This document shows, one piece after another, positions 21,134 through 30,402 of a DNA stretch of 64,000 nt. The notes beneath the pieces were generated by a model. That model had not been told where the DNA came from and did not search any database. It saw only the letters and a list, made by a program, of their open reading frames with translations. Positions within the stretch are counted from its first letter, which is position 1. Each line of letters begins with the position of its first letter. The position numbers were made by a program, and so were the translations under genes. Origin of the DNA: Candidatus Bathyarchaeota archaeon (GTDB taxonomy: Archaea; Thermoproteota; Bathyarchaeia; TCS64); contig CAVYVF010000002.1 of NCBI GenBank assembly GCA_963771885.1, positions 434,208 to 498,207 of the forward strand, read 5' to 3'.

Positions 21134-21676
21134 ATGAAAGCCGGAGAAAAGGCAACGCATTTCTCAGTCAGGGATCTCGCTGTCATCGTTTTGATGGCCT
21201 CCCTCGGTGCCGTCGTCAGTGTCCCACTTGGCTACCTCGGCAAGGCGCTGAACGCCTTCGCCATACTGCCCTTTGGCGCTCCACAGCTCCTTTCGGGGGT
21301 ACACGTGCTCTGGCTACTCATCGCGGCACTATACACGCGGCGCGTGGGCTCCGCCGCGGTGACGAGTGTGATCAAGGGGCTAATCGAGGTCACCCTCTTC
21401 AGCGCGCAGGGGGTCACGGCGATACCGATCTCCATAGCTGAGGGGCTGCTCCTCGAGGCGGGGTTGCTGGCGCTGGGGAGGGATCGGTGGTGGTCTGTAG
21501 CCGTCGCCGGCGGATTATCAGCCGTGGGGAACGTGATAGTCCTGAGGCTGCTCGTTCTCTTTACCCTACCGTCTGAAGTCATTATCTTCATGGCGGTGCT
21601 CGCCTTCGCCTCGGGGGCGGTCGTTGGCGTCTTCTCGCTAAGGGTCAACGAGTTGGTGAATCGGGTCGTCCATTAG
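21134..21676 (+). CDS. ECF transporter S component
   Basis: About 6 TM helices; FSVRDLAVIVLMASL N-terminus. Confidence 0.75.
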   Translation: MKAGEKATHFSVRDLAVIVLMASLGAVVSVPLGYLGKALNAFAILPFGAPQLLSGVHVLWLLIAALYTRRVGSAAVTSVIKGLIEVTLFSAQGVTAIPISIAEGLLLEAGLLALGRDRWWSVAVAGGLSAVGNVIVLRLLVLFTLPSEVIIFMAVLAFASGAVVGVFSLRVNELVNRVVH

Positions 21677-22272
21677 GCGTACCTCGCCTTCATCTCATCG
21701 GCTCGCCCGCAGCTGAACTTACCCTCGGGACACTTGCCGAGCTGGACGCAATAGGGTCCCGCGCCCTCGAAGAGGGTCGGCTCCGCCTCCCTAACCTGTC
21801 TCAGCATCTCCTCCGCCATGGCGCGCACCTCCCACTGGGCTCTGCTGCATAGGCGGAGCCCGAAGAAGTGCATGAGGCTCGCGCCGTCCATCGTCATTAT
21901 TAGGCTCGTCTCGGTGGCGTTTGGTAGTACAAATCGGGCGTCCTCGCGGGGAACGCCGGCGTCTACGAGGCTTGTGTAGGCGTCGCTTGCCTCTGAGACG
22001 AAGTGGTTGAAGCGATCACGTCCCTTCTCCGCCACGGTTGGCGGCGTCACGATGTGTTCCCCGAGCCTCTTCACCTGTATGTAGCGTTGGCTTTGTTGGC
22101 TGAAGCTGGCGACCCTGTGGCGGACCAGCTGGTGGCTACACGCCCTGCTAATTCCCTCGATGGCGAAGGTGAAGGAAAGGTGTCTCAGGAATTCACTCTC
22201 AGGTACCTCGGAGATAGGCAGAGCTTCAAGCAGCTCCCTGCTGGGCGTATGGGTGAGTAGCTCGACCTTCAC
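21673..22272 (-). CDS. thyX: flavin-dependent thymidylate synthase, catalytic chain
   Basis: ISRACSHQLVRHRVASFSQQSQRY signature, EDARFVLP, RAQWEVR; GTG start with GGGAGG SD, overlapping the upstream stop (GTGA). Confidence 0.92.
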   Translation of the reverse strand: MKVELLTHTPSRELLEALPISEVPESEFLRHLSFTFAIEGISRACSHQLVRHRVASFSQQSQRYIQVKRLGEHIVTPPTVAEKGRDRFNHFVSEASDAYTSLVDAGVPREDARFVLPNATETSLIMTMDGASLMHFFGLRLCSRAQWEVRAMAEEMLRQVREAEPTLFEGAGPYCVQLGKCPEGKFSCGRADEMKARYA

Positions 22273-22679
22273 GGCTTCCGCCTCCCAAAGGCGTGGACAT
22301 GGGGCCACCTATCCTTGATTGAGTCGAGGAGCAAGTCCGCGAACTCTCCGCCCTCCGCCTGGTACTCGACTACGGCGCGAAGGTTAGCACTCACAAGCCA
22401 TCGGCTCGACGCAAGCCGCGTGAAGGTGAAGAACCTGTTCGCGAGCAGCACTTTGAGAACCTCGCCCTCCCCCGCCTCTAGGAGCCAGTCCAGCCTGTTG
22501 TGCTCCAGTATGCTCCCGTGCTGAACTTCTAGACGCCCAACAATCTCAGTCACCTTGCCAGGGTTGGCGGAGAGCCTGTGGAAAAGGCTTGATGGGGTAG
22601 CGCCGCTCGTGGTCGTTAGCATCGCGGTGGCGATGAGGATATCCACGTTCGGCGTCGAGGCGAGAAGGCTGAGCTTCAA
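22269..22679 (-). CDS. ThyX-like short partner protein
   Basis: MKLSLLASTP start, HGSILEH and SANLRAVVEY ThyX-type motifs; no RHRxxS signature. Confidence 0.65.
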   Translation of the reverse strand: MKLSLLASTPNVDILIATAMLTTTSGATPSSLFHRLSANPGKVTEIVGRLEVQHGSILEHNRLDWLLEAGEGEVLKVLLANRFFTFTRLASSRWLVSANLRAVVEYQAEGGEFADLLLDSIKDRWPHVHAFGRRKP

Positions 22680-22682
22680 ATT

Positions 22683-22955
22683 TTACACCGGGGGCATGCT
22701 GCTCTTCTTGGGCTTCGCCTTGACGGTGTCGGGTATGTCAACTGCCCTGACCACGTTCATCGAGTTTATGAGGTAGACGGGTGTACCGTCGGGTTCGAAC
22801 TGCGTGAGCCTTTTAACGCCTCGGATGATGAGCTTGACCTTGAGCTTTGTTCCGTCGCTGAGCTGATAGATGTTCCAGTGCTCTTCAACTTCGGTGAAGT
22901 CTAGGTCTACGGCTCCCTGTAGTGCGTCGGGTTGGATTGCCATCTCGTTTCTCAC
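22683..22955 (-). CDS. hypothetical protein (small, beta-rich)
   Basis: EHWNIYQLSDGTKLKVK; co-oriented in the thiI-thyX run. Confidence 0.7.
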   Translation of the reverse strand: MRNEMAIQPDALQGAVDLDFTEVEEHWNIYQLSDGTKLKVKLIIRGVKRLTQFEPDGTPVYLINSMNVVRAVDIPDTVKAKPKKSSMPPV

Positions 22956-22984
22956 AGTGATGTGGAGGCGACGCGTATTTCAGC

Positions 22985-24148
22985 TTAAGGGAGGCGGGTT
23001 ATTCCCTTAGCCGCTTCACGACAGAGTTCGTCGAGGCCGAGCACCGACTCGATTGACTCAATCTTATCGATCCTGCTGCGCGTCGCGGGGGTAGAGGGGA
23101 CGGCCTTGCAGCCTTCGACCTTATGAGCAGTGAGGGCGTAGGTGCCTATGTCGCGAGCCCTGTCCTCGATCTCCACCTTGTCGAGTCCGATGAGGGGGCG
23201 GAGGACGGGTATCCTGACGGCGGAGTCGAGTGTGTAGAGGTTGTCGAGGGTCTGGCTTGCGACCTGGCCGAGGCTCTCCCCGGTGACGACCGCTTTGGCA
23301 CGCTTATACCTGCAGAAGTCCTCGGCTATTCTGTACATGGCACGCTTGCAGAGTATGCAGGTCCAGCGAGGCTCCGGTGACTCGAGTATGCGCTCCATGA
23401 CGGGGCCCATCTTGGCGGAGTAGAGGCTGAAGCCCTCCGACGGCGCGTACTTCGCGATCCCGTGGAAAGCATCCTCAGCCCTGCGGAGATAGCTCTCCCC
23501 CACATAGGGTGTCTGATCCATAAAGAGGGGGAGAACGTCGACGCCGCGCTTCATTATGAGCCACGTGGCGACTGGGCTATCTATGCCGCCGCTGAAGAGG
23601 GAGATTGCTCGCCCCTGGGAGCCATAGGGGAGGCCACCGACGCCATCGAGGAGGCGAGAGTAGACGTAGGCGTTATTGTCCCGGACCTCTATACTGATGG
23701 TAACGTCGGGGGAGGAGAGGTTTACCTTGATACCCCTGTCCTTGTATACCTCGTTTATCGCCGCGCCGGCCTTTATGGCTAGATCCCTACCTCCGTAGGG
23801 GTGGTCACCCACGACCTTGGGCCGCACCGCGAATGTGGAGCCGTTTTTCAGCGTGTCGCCGGCGACCTTGACTGCGAGGGAGACGACTTCGCCGATCCCA
23901 GAGCACGTTTCCTCAGCAGGTATGGCGTGGACAACTCCGAAGACGTTACCCACGGTGGGGGCGGCTTCAGGTGGCGCTCCGTCGACGATTATTCTACCGA
24001 ACTGCCTCCTTGCTTTCGCCGGGTAACCCTCCCTGCGCAGTACGTGCTCGATCTGGGCGGCGAGCCTCTTCTCGAGGGTGCTTCGCACGAACCTGCTCTT
24101 GAGGGCTATCTCGTCGTAGGCGGCTAGGATGGGCATACTGGGAGGCAT
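22985..24148 (-). CDS. thiI: tRNA 4-thiouridine synthase (THUMP + PP-loop)
   Basis: YDEIALKS, SGGIDSPVA, CILCKR, TGESLGQVASQT, RPLIG; start uncertain (24136-24196). Confidence 0.93.
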   Translation of the reverse strand: MPPSMPILAAYDEIALKSRFVRSTLEKRLAAQIEHVLRREGYPAKARRQFGRIIVDGAPPEAAPTVGNVFGVVHAIPAEETCSGIGEVVSLAVKVAGDTLKNGSTFAVRPKVVGDHPYGGRDLAIKAGAAINEVYKDRGIKVNLSSPDVTISIEVRDNNAYVYSRLLDGVGGLPYGSQGRAISLFSGGIDSPVATWLIMKRGVDVLPLFMDQTPYVGESYLRRAEDAFHGIAKYAPSEGFSLYSAKMGPVMERILESPEPRWTCILCKRAMYRIAEDFCRYKRAKAVVTGESLGQVASQTLDNLYTLDSAVRIPVLRPLIGLDKVEIEDRARDIGTYALTAHKVEGCKAVPSTPATRSRIDKIESIESVLGLDELCREAAKGITRLP

Positions 24149-24215
24149 GGGTCGTGGGCGCCTCTTAAGCTGCTCGGGATAATCTTTTACCGGCACGCCC
24201 CGAGTGTAGTTCTCG

Positions 24216-24822
24216 GTGAGTTGAGACGTCGTTCTGGGAGGAGTGGGAGAAGCGGAGGAAGCGCGGCACGCCGTTCTTCTTCCCTGACCTGGAGAGGATG
24301 GTCGATGAGATGGAGAAGGAAATGTCCGACTTCTTCAAGGAAATTGAGGGGGAGATACCTGATGACCTATCGACGGAGCGCAAGCTACCCGATGGTTCAG
24401 TGAAGAAGGAGTATGGTCCCTTCGTTTACGGTTACTCCGTCAAGGTGGGCTCCGACGGGAAGCCCGTTGTACGCGAGTTTGGCAATATGAAGCCGGGCAC
24501 CTCCATCGGGGAGGACAAGAAGAAGCCCTTAAACCTCCAGGAGGCGAGGGAGCCACTCGTCGACGTTATTCAGGAGCAGGAGCAAGTAAAGGTCATTGCG
24601 GAGCTACCCGGCGTAGAAAAGGAGGACATACAGCTCTACGCAACGGAGAAGACGCTCACACTCGACGTGACGAACCCCGACCACCGTTACCATAAGGAGC
24701 TCGAGCTGCCCTTCGAGGTAGACGAGGACTCGGCGACGAGCACTTACAGGAATGGTGTACTCGAAACAGTGATGAAGAGGAAGCGGGCTCGCGAAGGTGG
24801 ACGCTCAATAAAGATACAGTGA
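24216..24822 (+). CDS. hsp20: archaeal small heat shock protein Hsp20; 5' end probably frameshifted
   Basis: GPFVYGYSVKVG.DGKP..REFGN, AELPGVEKEDI, YRNGVLE; the in-frame FWEEWEKRRK..PFFF segment upstream of ATG 24298 has no in-frame start unless one base near 24221 is removed. Confidence 0.9.
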
Positions 24823-25054
24823 CAATAGCGCCACAGGTTAATTACATATTTTGTGAGGTTCACTTCGAGAAGCGGTGGGGGAATAGTTTTCCACTTTGAC
24901 GAGAGGTGTTCCTGTACATTTACACGAGACTATTGTGCGTGTAACTTTCCTGTGTCAACACGCAATATGATACCAACACTATTTGGTAGTAATAGAGGAA
25001 TTATATGCGAGCATCTTGGGAACCTATTTATCCTGTGGAGCATCCCTGTTTGTC

Positions 25055-25110
25055 GCCAATGATGTGAAGGCATTAGTGCGATCCGTGAGCGATCAGAGTT
25101 ACACTGAGGC
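25055..25110 (+). ncRNA. box C/D guide sRNA (candidate)
   Basis: Terminal stem GCC/GGC, C box ATGATGT (25059), D box CTGA (25104), internal D'/C'-like GCGA..GTGAGCGA, upstream TATTTAT, downstream T-run. Confidence 0.7.
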
Positions 25111-25273
25111 ACCTTTTTCAAATCGCGAGAAATCGTTTTGAGTTAAAGAAATCGTGAGACTATGTATTTGATGCTGGTTTTAACATTTCTAAAAGGAGTA
25201 TTGGGAGACAGTTTTGATGCAGTACTTCGACGACGTGAACATAAATTGGGGATATTAGCCATCGCATTGCATT

Positions 25274-25726
25274 CTACGATGCGAGTTTTGGTGAGCTGAA
25301 CCATAGCCCGGAAACCTGCGCTTGACCACTCGTGTTCACGGTGAAGACTACCCTGACGGTCACGCCTGAGGGCTCGTTTGAGTAATCCGCAGTATAGTAG
25401 GCAATGATGTACTCGCCGGAGCGCTCCGCTTTAGTGAATGTCTTGCCCTCGTAGTTGCCGACCTTGGCGTGGAGCGTGTCCTGTATTTCATTGAACTGCG
25501 CCTCCGTATAGGCGGCTTTCATAGCCGTGTCCATGTCTCTCGTGAAGCTCGCGAGGTCTTCTGACTCGATAGAAGCCAGGATGTTCTCCGCGGCTGGGTC
25601 AGCGTAGATGCGCACAGACATCTCGTCAACTCGAGTGGACGCATCCATGTAGTACCAGACGCCCGCCGCGACGACAATAATTCCTGCTATAAGCAGGATT
25701 GCTATGTTTCGCCCGCTTAGTCCCAT
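25274..25726 (-). CDS. membrane-anchored DUF3887-like protein
   Basis: N-terminal TM; MDTAMKAA..F..I...VGNY; C-terminal VSGLWF. Confidence 0.7.
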   Translation of the reverse strand: MGLSGRNIAILLIAGIIVVAAGVWYYMDASTRVDEMSVRIYADPAAENILASIESEDLASFTRDMDTAMKAAYTEAQFNEIQDTLHAKVGNYEGKTFTKAERSGEYIIAYYTADYSNEPSGVTVRVVFTVNTSGQAQVSGLWFSSPKLAS

Positions 25727-25748
25727 TGGTACAGGACTACGCTGGCGT

Positions 25749-26459
25749 CTAATAGGAGTTTATGAGCGCCTTCCAGAGTTTGGCGGAGGGTTTTCGAGGG
25801 GTGAGCCCGAAGCTCATGATAGGCGGGCGCGATCCCCCGACCATGGCGGCCGTGATCTGGGACCTCGCCGCGTTCTCCAGAGCTATCGTGAGCATGCACG
25901 CCTCCTCGACGCTGCCTCCGACGATGATGGGACCGTGCGCCTTGAGTATGATGGCGCTAGCCGAGCCGAGCTTCCTCGCCGCTATCCTCCCCTGCTCCTC
26001 GTTTCGAATCAGCGTCCCAACCTCCTTAGAGAAGTAGGTCGGGTCATCGGCCTCATCGTAGGTCGGCACTCCGTTCGTAAAAGCGAGTGTGCTCGGATCG
26101 AGCAGCTCTAGCTGGAGCCCTAGCGTCCCCAAGAGGGTCGCGTGGGTCTGGTGAGTATGAACCACTGCGCCGACGTCGGGACGCGCCTTGTACATCTCGA
26201 TGTGGATGGGTATCTCCACGATCTCGAAGTCTGGCCCAGACACTTTGCGGTAGTCGAGTGTGTAGGTGACGAGGTCCTCCTCAGTGACCTTGTTCCAGCC
26301 CACGTCCCGCGGCTTTATCACAACCTTGTCCGTCCCCGGCAACCTAGCGCTGAAGTGGCCCATCGGGTTCGGGTTATGAACTGATGGCACCTCTCTGTAG
26401 AGAGCCTTGCAGGATTGTATCAGCTTCTCGACGATCTCCGATCGGATATCACTTGTCAA
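25749..26459 (-). CDS. class II aldolase/adducin family protein
   Basis: GHFSAR, EIPIHIEMYKARPDVGAVVHTH, LKAHG. Confidence 0.88.
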   Translation of the reverse strand: MTSDIRSEIVEKLIQSCKALYREVPSVHNPNPMGHFSARLPGTDKVVIKPRDVGWNKVTEEDLVTYTLDYRKVSGPDFEIVEIPIHIEMYKARPDVGAVVHTHQTHATLLGTLGLQLELLDPSTLAFTNGVPTYDEADDPTYFSKEVGTLIRNEEQGRIAARKLGSASAIILKAHGPIIVGGSVEEACMLTIALENAARSQITAAMVGGSRPPIMSFGLTPRKPSAKLWKALINSY

Positions 26460-26579
26460 TGGGGAACAAGAATGGGGTATCTAACTCCCAATAAGTAACT
26501 TATCCCTAAGATATCGCCGCATCGATTTTCCCAAGATTTATGAATCGGGCTCCTCCGGGGCAACACAGGGCGACGACGA

Positions 26580-26984
26580 TTGGCGAAAACCATTACTATA
26601 ATTCAGAAGGCGAGCATCTCCGCGACGCCAGCGGAAATCTACGAGACGTATACAGATGCGGAGAAGCACGCGGAGTTAACTGGCAGCCCGGCTACGTCGA
26701 TCCCGAAGGTTGGGGGCGGTTTCACTGCGTGGGACGGTTACATCAAGGGTAAGTACATAGGGCTTGAGCCTGGGAAGAAGATAGTTCAGGAATGGGCGTC
26801 GTCAGACTTTCCCGAGGGAGCAGCTCCATCGAGGCTCGAGATTGTCTTAAAAGAGGTAAAAAGTGGGACCGAATTGACTATGACACACTCCGGGGTGCCT
26901 GAAGAAGTGGCCGAGGACATCGCGCAGGGATGGAAGGACTACTACTGGGAGCGTTTGAAGAAGTTCTTCAAGCGAAAAAGCTGA
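26580..26984 (+). CDS. SRPBCC/AHSA1 domain protein
   Basis: VGGGFTAWDG, KIVQEW, LTMTHSGVP, GWKDYYW. Confidence 0.88.
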   Translation: MAKTITIIQKASISATPAEIYETYTDAEKHAELTGSPATSIPKVGGGFTAWDGYIKGKYIGLEPGKKIVQEWASSDFPEGAAPSRLEIVLKEVKSGTELTMTHSGVPEEVAEDIAQGWKDYYWERLKKFFKRKS

Positions 26985-27044
26985 AGATCGGTCTGCTGAA
27001 TTTTTCGATCGTTTGCTATTATGATGAGTGATTGTGTTGTGCTC

Positions 27045-27677
27045 TCATTCACGCATTGAGAGGAGCAGCCGCCGGAGTTCCCTCATCAACGCGAGCGACT
27101 CCTCGAACTCCGCGTCGCTCATGGAGAGGAGTGAGTTGTACTGGATCACCCTGTTTAGTAGGCTTGGGTCCATTGGGCCAAACTTGGTGAAGTAACCGGA
27201 TGAGCCGCAGAAGGAGCAGACGTCGGGGTTTGTCACCGGCGTCTTTCCTAAACTTGATTTCTTTCCGGCGAGCACCGCGAGCACCTCGGCGTTCGCCTCG
27301 GATACCTCAACGCCTGCCCCGAGCTCGTTAAGACCGTTTAGCACCTCGATGAACCTGTGTCTGTCGTCTTCGGGTATCTCGTCTTCCCTATAGACGAAGG
27401 TGTCTGCGGTCGCCGTGTAGTAGCTCTCGATGATATGGCCGCTTCGCCTCTCGGATGTCTCTGAGACGAGTCCAGCTTCCACGAGCTTCCGCAGGTGGTG
27501 ATAGACGTTCTGGGGGGTCATCACTAGGCGAGCAGCGATCTCCGTTGCTGAAAGCTCGCTCTCCCGGAGGAGCAGCAGCATCCTGCGCCGCGTCCTGTCC
27601 TCCAGCAGCGTGAACGCCCTCTCGTCTATCGCCTTCAGGAGCCTGTGGGATTCACTAGCATCAGCATCGCCCACCAT
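27045..27677 (-). CDS. ArsR-type winged-helix regulator
   Basis: TRRRMLLLL..ELSATEIA..TPQNVYHHLRKLVEAGLV; C-terminal CxxC. Confidence 0.85.
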   Translation of the reverse strand: MVGDADASESHRLLKAIDERAFTLLEDRTRRRMLLLLRESELSATEIAARLVMTPQNVYHHLRKLVEAGLVSETSERRSGHIIESYYTATADTFVYREDEIPEDDRHRFIEVLNGLNELGAGVEVSEANAEVLAVLAGKKSSLGKTPVTNPDVCSFCGSSGYFTKFGPMDPSLLNRVIQYNSLLSMSDAEFEESLALMRELRRLLLSMRE

Positions 27678-27750
27678 TAAAATCCCATTTTAATGTTAAA
27701 ACGGAAGCGATATAAGAATTTACTGCTAATCGACACTTGAGGGAGTACGG

Positions 27751-29478
27751 ATGGCTGAGAAGGAAGCATACCTGATAGTTGACATAGGGGAGTCCACGAG
27801 GGCCGTTCTCGTTAGGAGGGAGAACGGAACATTTAGGCTCGCAGGGACCGGGGAAGCTGAGACCACGATCGAGGCGCCGGAACTAGACGTCACCATAGGC
27901 ATCAGGCGCGCTGCGGAGAAGCTGGACGGCGAGACGCTCATTGGTAGAGATGGGCCCAGGGGAGTCAGTCTCCTCTGCTCCAGCGGCGACGGCGGCGGAC
28001 TTTACATGATGGTCGCCGGCGTCATCGGGATGATAAGCGGCGAGAGCGCACAGAGGGCGGCACTCGGTGCGGGCGCTCACCTCGTTGGCACCTTCTCCGT
28101 CGACGACCCTCGCCCCGACTACCGTCTTGTCGAGACGATGCGCGCCACTAGACCCGACATATTCCTCTTAGCCGGCGGAACAGATGGCGGAGCCGTCCAA
28201 CAGGTCAAGAAGATGGCGGAAGTCATTAAGGAGGCGGACGTCAAGCCCCGCTTCGGCGACGACTACCGGCTCCCAGTCATCTTCGCCGGTAACGTCGAGG
28301 CTCGGGAGGAGATAGCTGAGACACTCACCGAGGAGTACGCGACGAGGGCTGTCGATAATGTCCGCCCCTCTATCGAGCGGGAGAACCTCGGTCCCGCAAA
28401 GGAGGCTATCTACGATTCCTATATGGAACACGTCATAACACACTCCCCCGGCTACGAAAGGCTCGCCAAGTGGGTTACGCGTCCAATACTCCCCGCTCAA
28501 GCCGCGATAGGGAAGATACTCTACGCTTACGCTGAGCGCAGGCGCGTCAACCTCCTCGCTGTAAACGCGGGTGGCTCAACAACCGACATTTACTCAGTCT
28601 ACAGAGGAGTTTTCAACAGGTCACTCGACGCGGATGTCGGGCTTGAGTATGGCGCCTTGACTATACTCAATAAAACAGGGGCAGAAGGCGTCTCAAGGTG
28701 GCTTCCTAAGCCCATGGATGAGAGGACTATTAGAAACACCATCGGTAACCTCATGGTCCTTCGCCCCCGAAAATACTCGGATGAGGAAAGTATGGTATTT
28801 AGAGCACTGGCCAGAGAGGCGATAAAGCTTGGGGTCGAGGAGCATAAGAAACTCGCGAGCCGCCTCAAGGGGGTGCATATACAGAGGACAATCGCGGACA
28901 CATTCACCCAGAGCGTCGAGTCGACCTACCTCGACCCCGGCGACACCCAGGTCTTGATAGGCATGGGTTCAGCATTCACTACACCCGGTGAGTCGGCTGC
29001 ACTACTCCTAGACTCCGTCGAGCCCCTCTATATCACGGAGCTATACATGGACAGAGCGGGGCTTGTTCCCCACGCCGGTATGCTCCTCGGTGAGGCACCT
29101 GAGGCGGCTTTCAACCTCTTCACCGGCGAGACGCTACAGAGGCTCGGGACGTGCCTCTGCGCCGACGGGAACGGCGACGGAGACGCGATCAAATTGACCC
29201 TTACCCGACAGGATGGCAAGACCATCCTTGAAACCGTCAAATCGGGGGAAATCAAGGCGCTTCCCTTACTCGACGGAGAAACCTGCAAAATAGAGGCGAA
29301 AGCAGGCAAGAGGTTCAGCCTGGGAAAGGGCAAGGCAAAGCGCATCGACGCGACGGTGACAGGCGGCTCACTCGGCTTCATAGTCGACGCGCGGGGCAGA
29401 CCATTGAGAGTCCCCGATGACAAGGTGACGCTAGTTAAATGGGCCAAGGCGCTTACGTCCGAAGCGGCGGGTGAGTAA
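27751..29478 (+). CDS. glutamate mutase L (GlmL/MutL) family ASKHA-fold protein
   Basis: VDIGESTRA, CSSGDGGGL, RAALGAGA, PDIFLLAGGTDGG, AGN, NVRP, GGSTTDIYS, VDARGRPL. Confidence 0.8.
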   Translation: MAEKEAYLIVDIGESTRAVLVRRENGTFRLAGTGEAETTIEAPELDVTIGIRRAAEKLDGETLIGRDGPRGVSLLCSSGDGGGLYMMVAGVIGMISGESAQRAALGAGAHLVGTFSVDDPRPDYRLVETMRATRPDIFLLAGGTDGGAVQQVKKMAEVIKEADVKPRFGDDYRLPVIFAGNVEAREEIAETLTEEYATRAVDNVRPSIERENLGPAKEAIYDSYMEHVITHSPGYERLAKWVTRPILPAQAAIGKILYAYAERRRVNLLAVNAGGSTTDIYSVYRGVFNRSLDADVGLEYGALTILNKTGAEGVSRWLPKPMDERTIRNTIGNLMVLRPRKYSDEESMVFRALAREAIKLGVEEHKKLASRLKGVHIQRTIADTFTQSVESTYLDPGDTQVLIGMGSAFTTPGESAALLLDSVEPLYITELYMDRAGLVPHAGMLLGEAPEAAFNLFTGETLQRLGTCLCADGNGDGDAIKLTLTRQDGKTILETVKSGEIKALPLLDGETCKIEAKAGKRFSLGKGKAKRIDATVTGGSLGFIVDARGRPLRVPDDKVTLVKWAKALTSEAAGE

Positions 29479-30358
29479 CATGACCAAACCGATAGTCGAG
29501 AGGGACGTCGTCATCAGTAAGGTGCGGCGCCTCCCCGCACCCGGCGAGGTCCTCGTACACATAGGCGAAAGGGTAAAGGTGGATACGCCCATCGCGAGGG
29601 GGAAGGTCCGGAACACCGAGCTCGTCGAGGTTAGAGTAGACCAAAAGCTAGGAGTTGACGCTATGGATGTCGCTCCCTATATGCTCAAGAGAGAGGGGGA
29701 CACTGTCAAGAAGGACGAGGTCATCGCCCTCCGTCGCTCCTTCTTCGGAAGTTCGACCAAGATCCTCAGAGCCCCCCTCGAAGGTACCATAGAGGCGTTT
29801 AGTCGCACATCGGGTAAACTGCTCATAAGGGGTCTCCCCATACAAATCGAGGTCAACGCATACATCCCAGGGAGGGTGACAGAACTGTTTCCCCTCGAAG
29901 GGGGTGTCGTCGAGTGCAGAGGTGCGATCGCGAGGGGAGCCGTTGGTGTCGGCGGAGAGGCGAGGGGACCACTCGAGGTGCTCGCAAACGGACCCGGCGA
30001 CGTGCTTACAGAGGATCCGATCACAAAGAGCCACACCGGAAAGGTAGTCCTCGGCGGGGCGACCGCCACACCCGAGGCACAGAGAAAGGCACAGTCGGTG
30101 GGTGTAGCCGCTCTAGTAGTCGGTGGTGTAGATGAGAAGGACCTGAGCGGGCTCCTCGGTCACGAGTTAAACCTCGGAGACACAGGCAGGGAGCATATCG
30201 GCTTTACTCTTGTTTCCCTCTCAGGTTTCGGCACTGAACCCCTCGATGAGGATGCATTCCGCTTATTCAGAGAACACGAGGGCCGGCTCGCATGCGTAGA
30301 CGGTACGACTCAGATAAGGACGAGGATGCTCCGCCCCGAGGTCATCCTCCCCGACTAG
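29471..30358 (+). CDS. conserved hypothetical protein co-encoded with GlmL-like genes
   Basis: RRLPAPGEVLV..GERV, A.IPGRV, GAVGVGGE, GFG, DGTTQIR...RPEVI. Confidence 0.7.
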   Translation: MSNMTKPIVERDVVISKVRRLPAPGEVLVHIGERVKVDTPIARGKVRNTELVEVRVDQKLGVDAMDVAPYMLKREGDTVKKDEVIALRRSFFGSSTKILRAPLEGTIEAFSRTSGKLLIRGLPIQIEVNAYIPGRVTELFPLEGGVVECRGAIARGAVGVGGEARGPLEVLANGPGDVLTEDPITKSHTGKVVLGGATATPEAQRKAQSVGVAALVVGGVDEKDLSGLLGHELNLGDTGREHIGFTLVSLSGFGTEPLDEDAFRLFREHEGRLACVDGTTQIRTRMLRPEVILPD

Positions 30359-30402
30359 CCAAGTCTTATGAACCCTAGAAACGCCGATCCTGCAGTGGTG
30401 TA

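Noticed and set aside
24850..25020. AT-rich stretch with short hairpins (TTACACG/CGTGTAA, TGCGTGT/ACACGCA) and short ORFs
   Set aside because: The stems are short and mutually exclusive; no coding or RNA-family signal.
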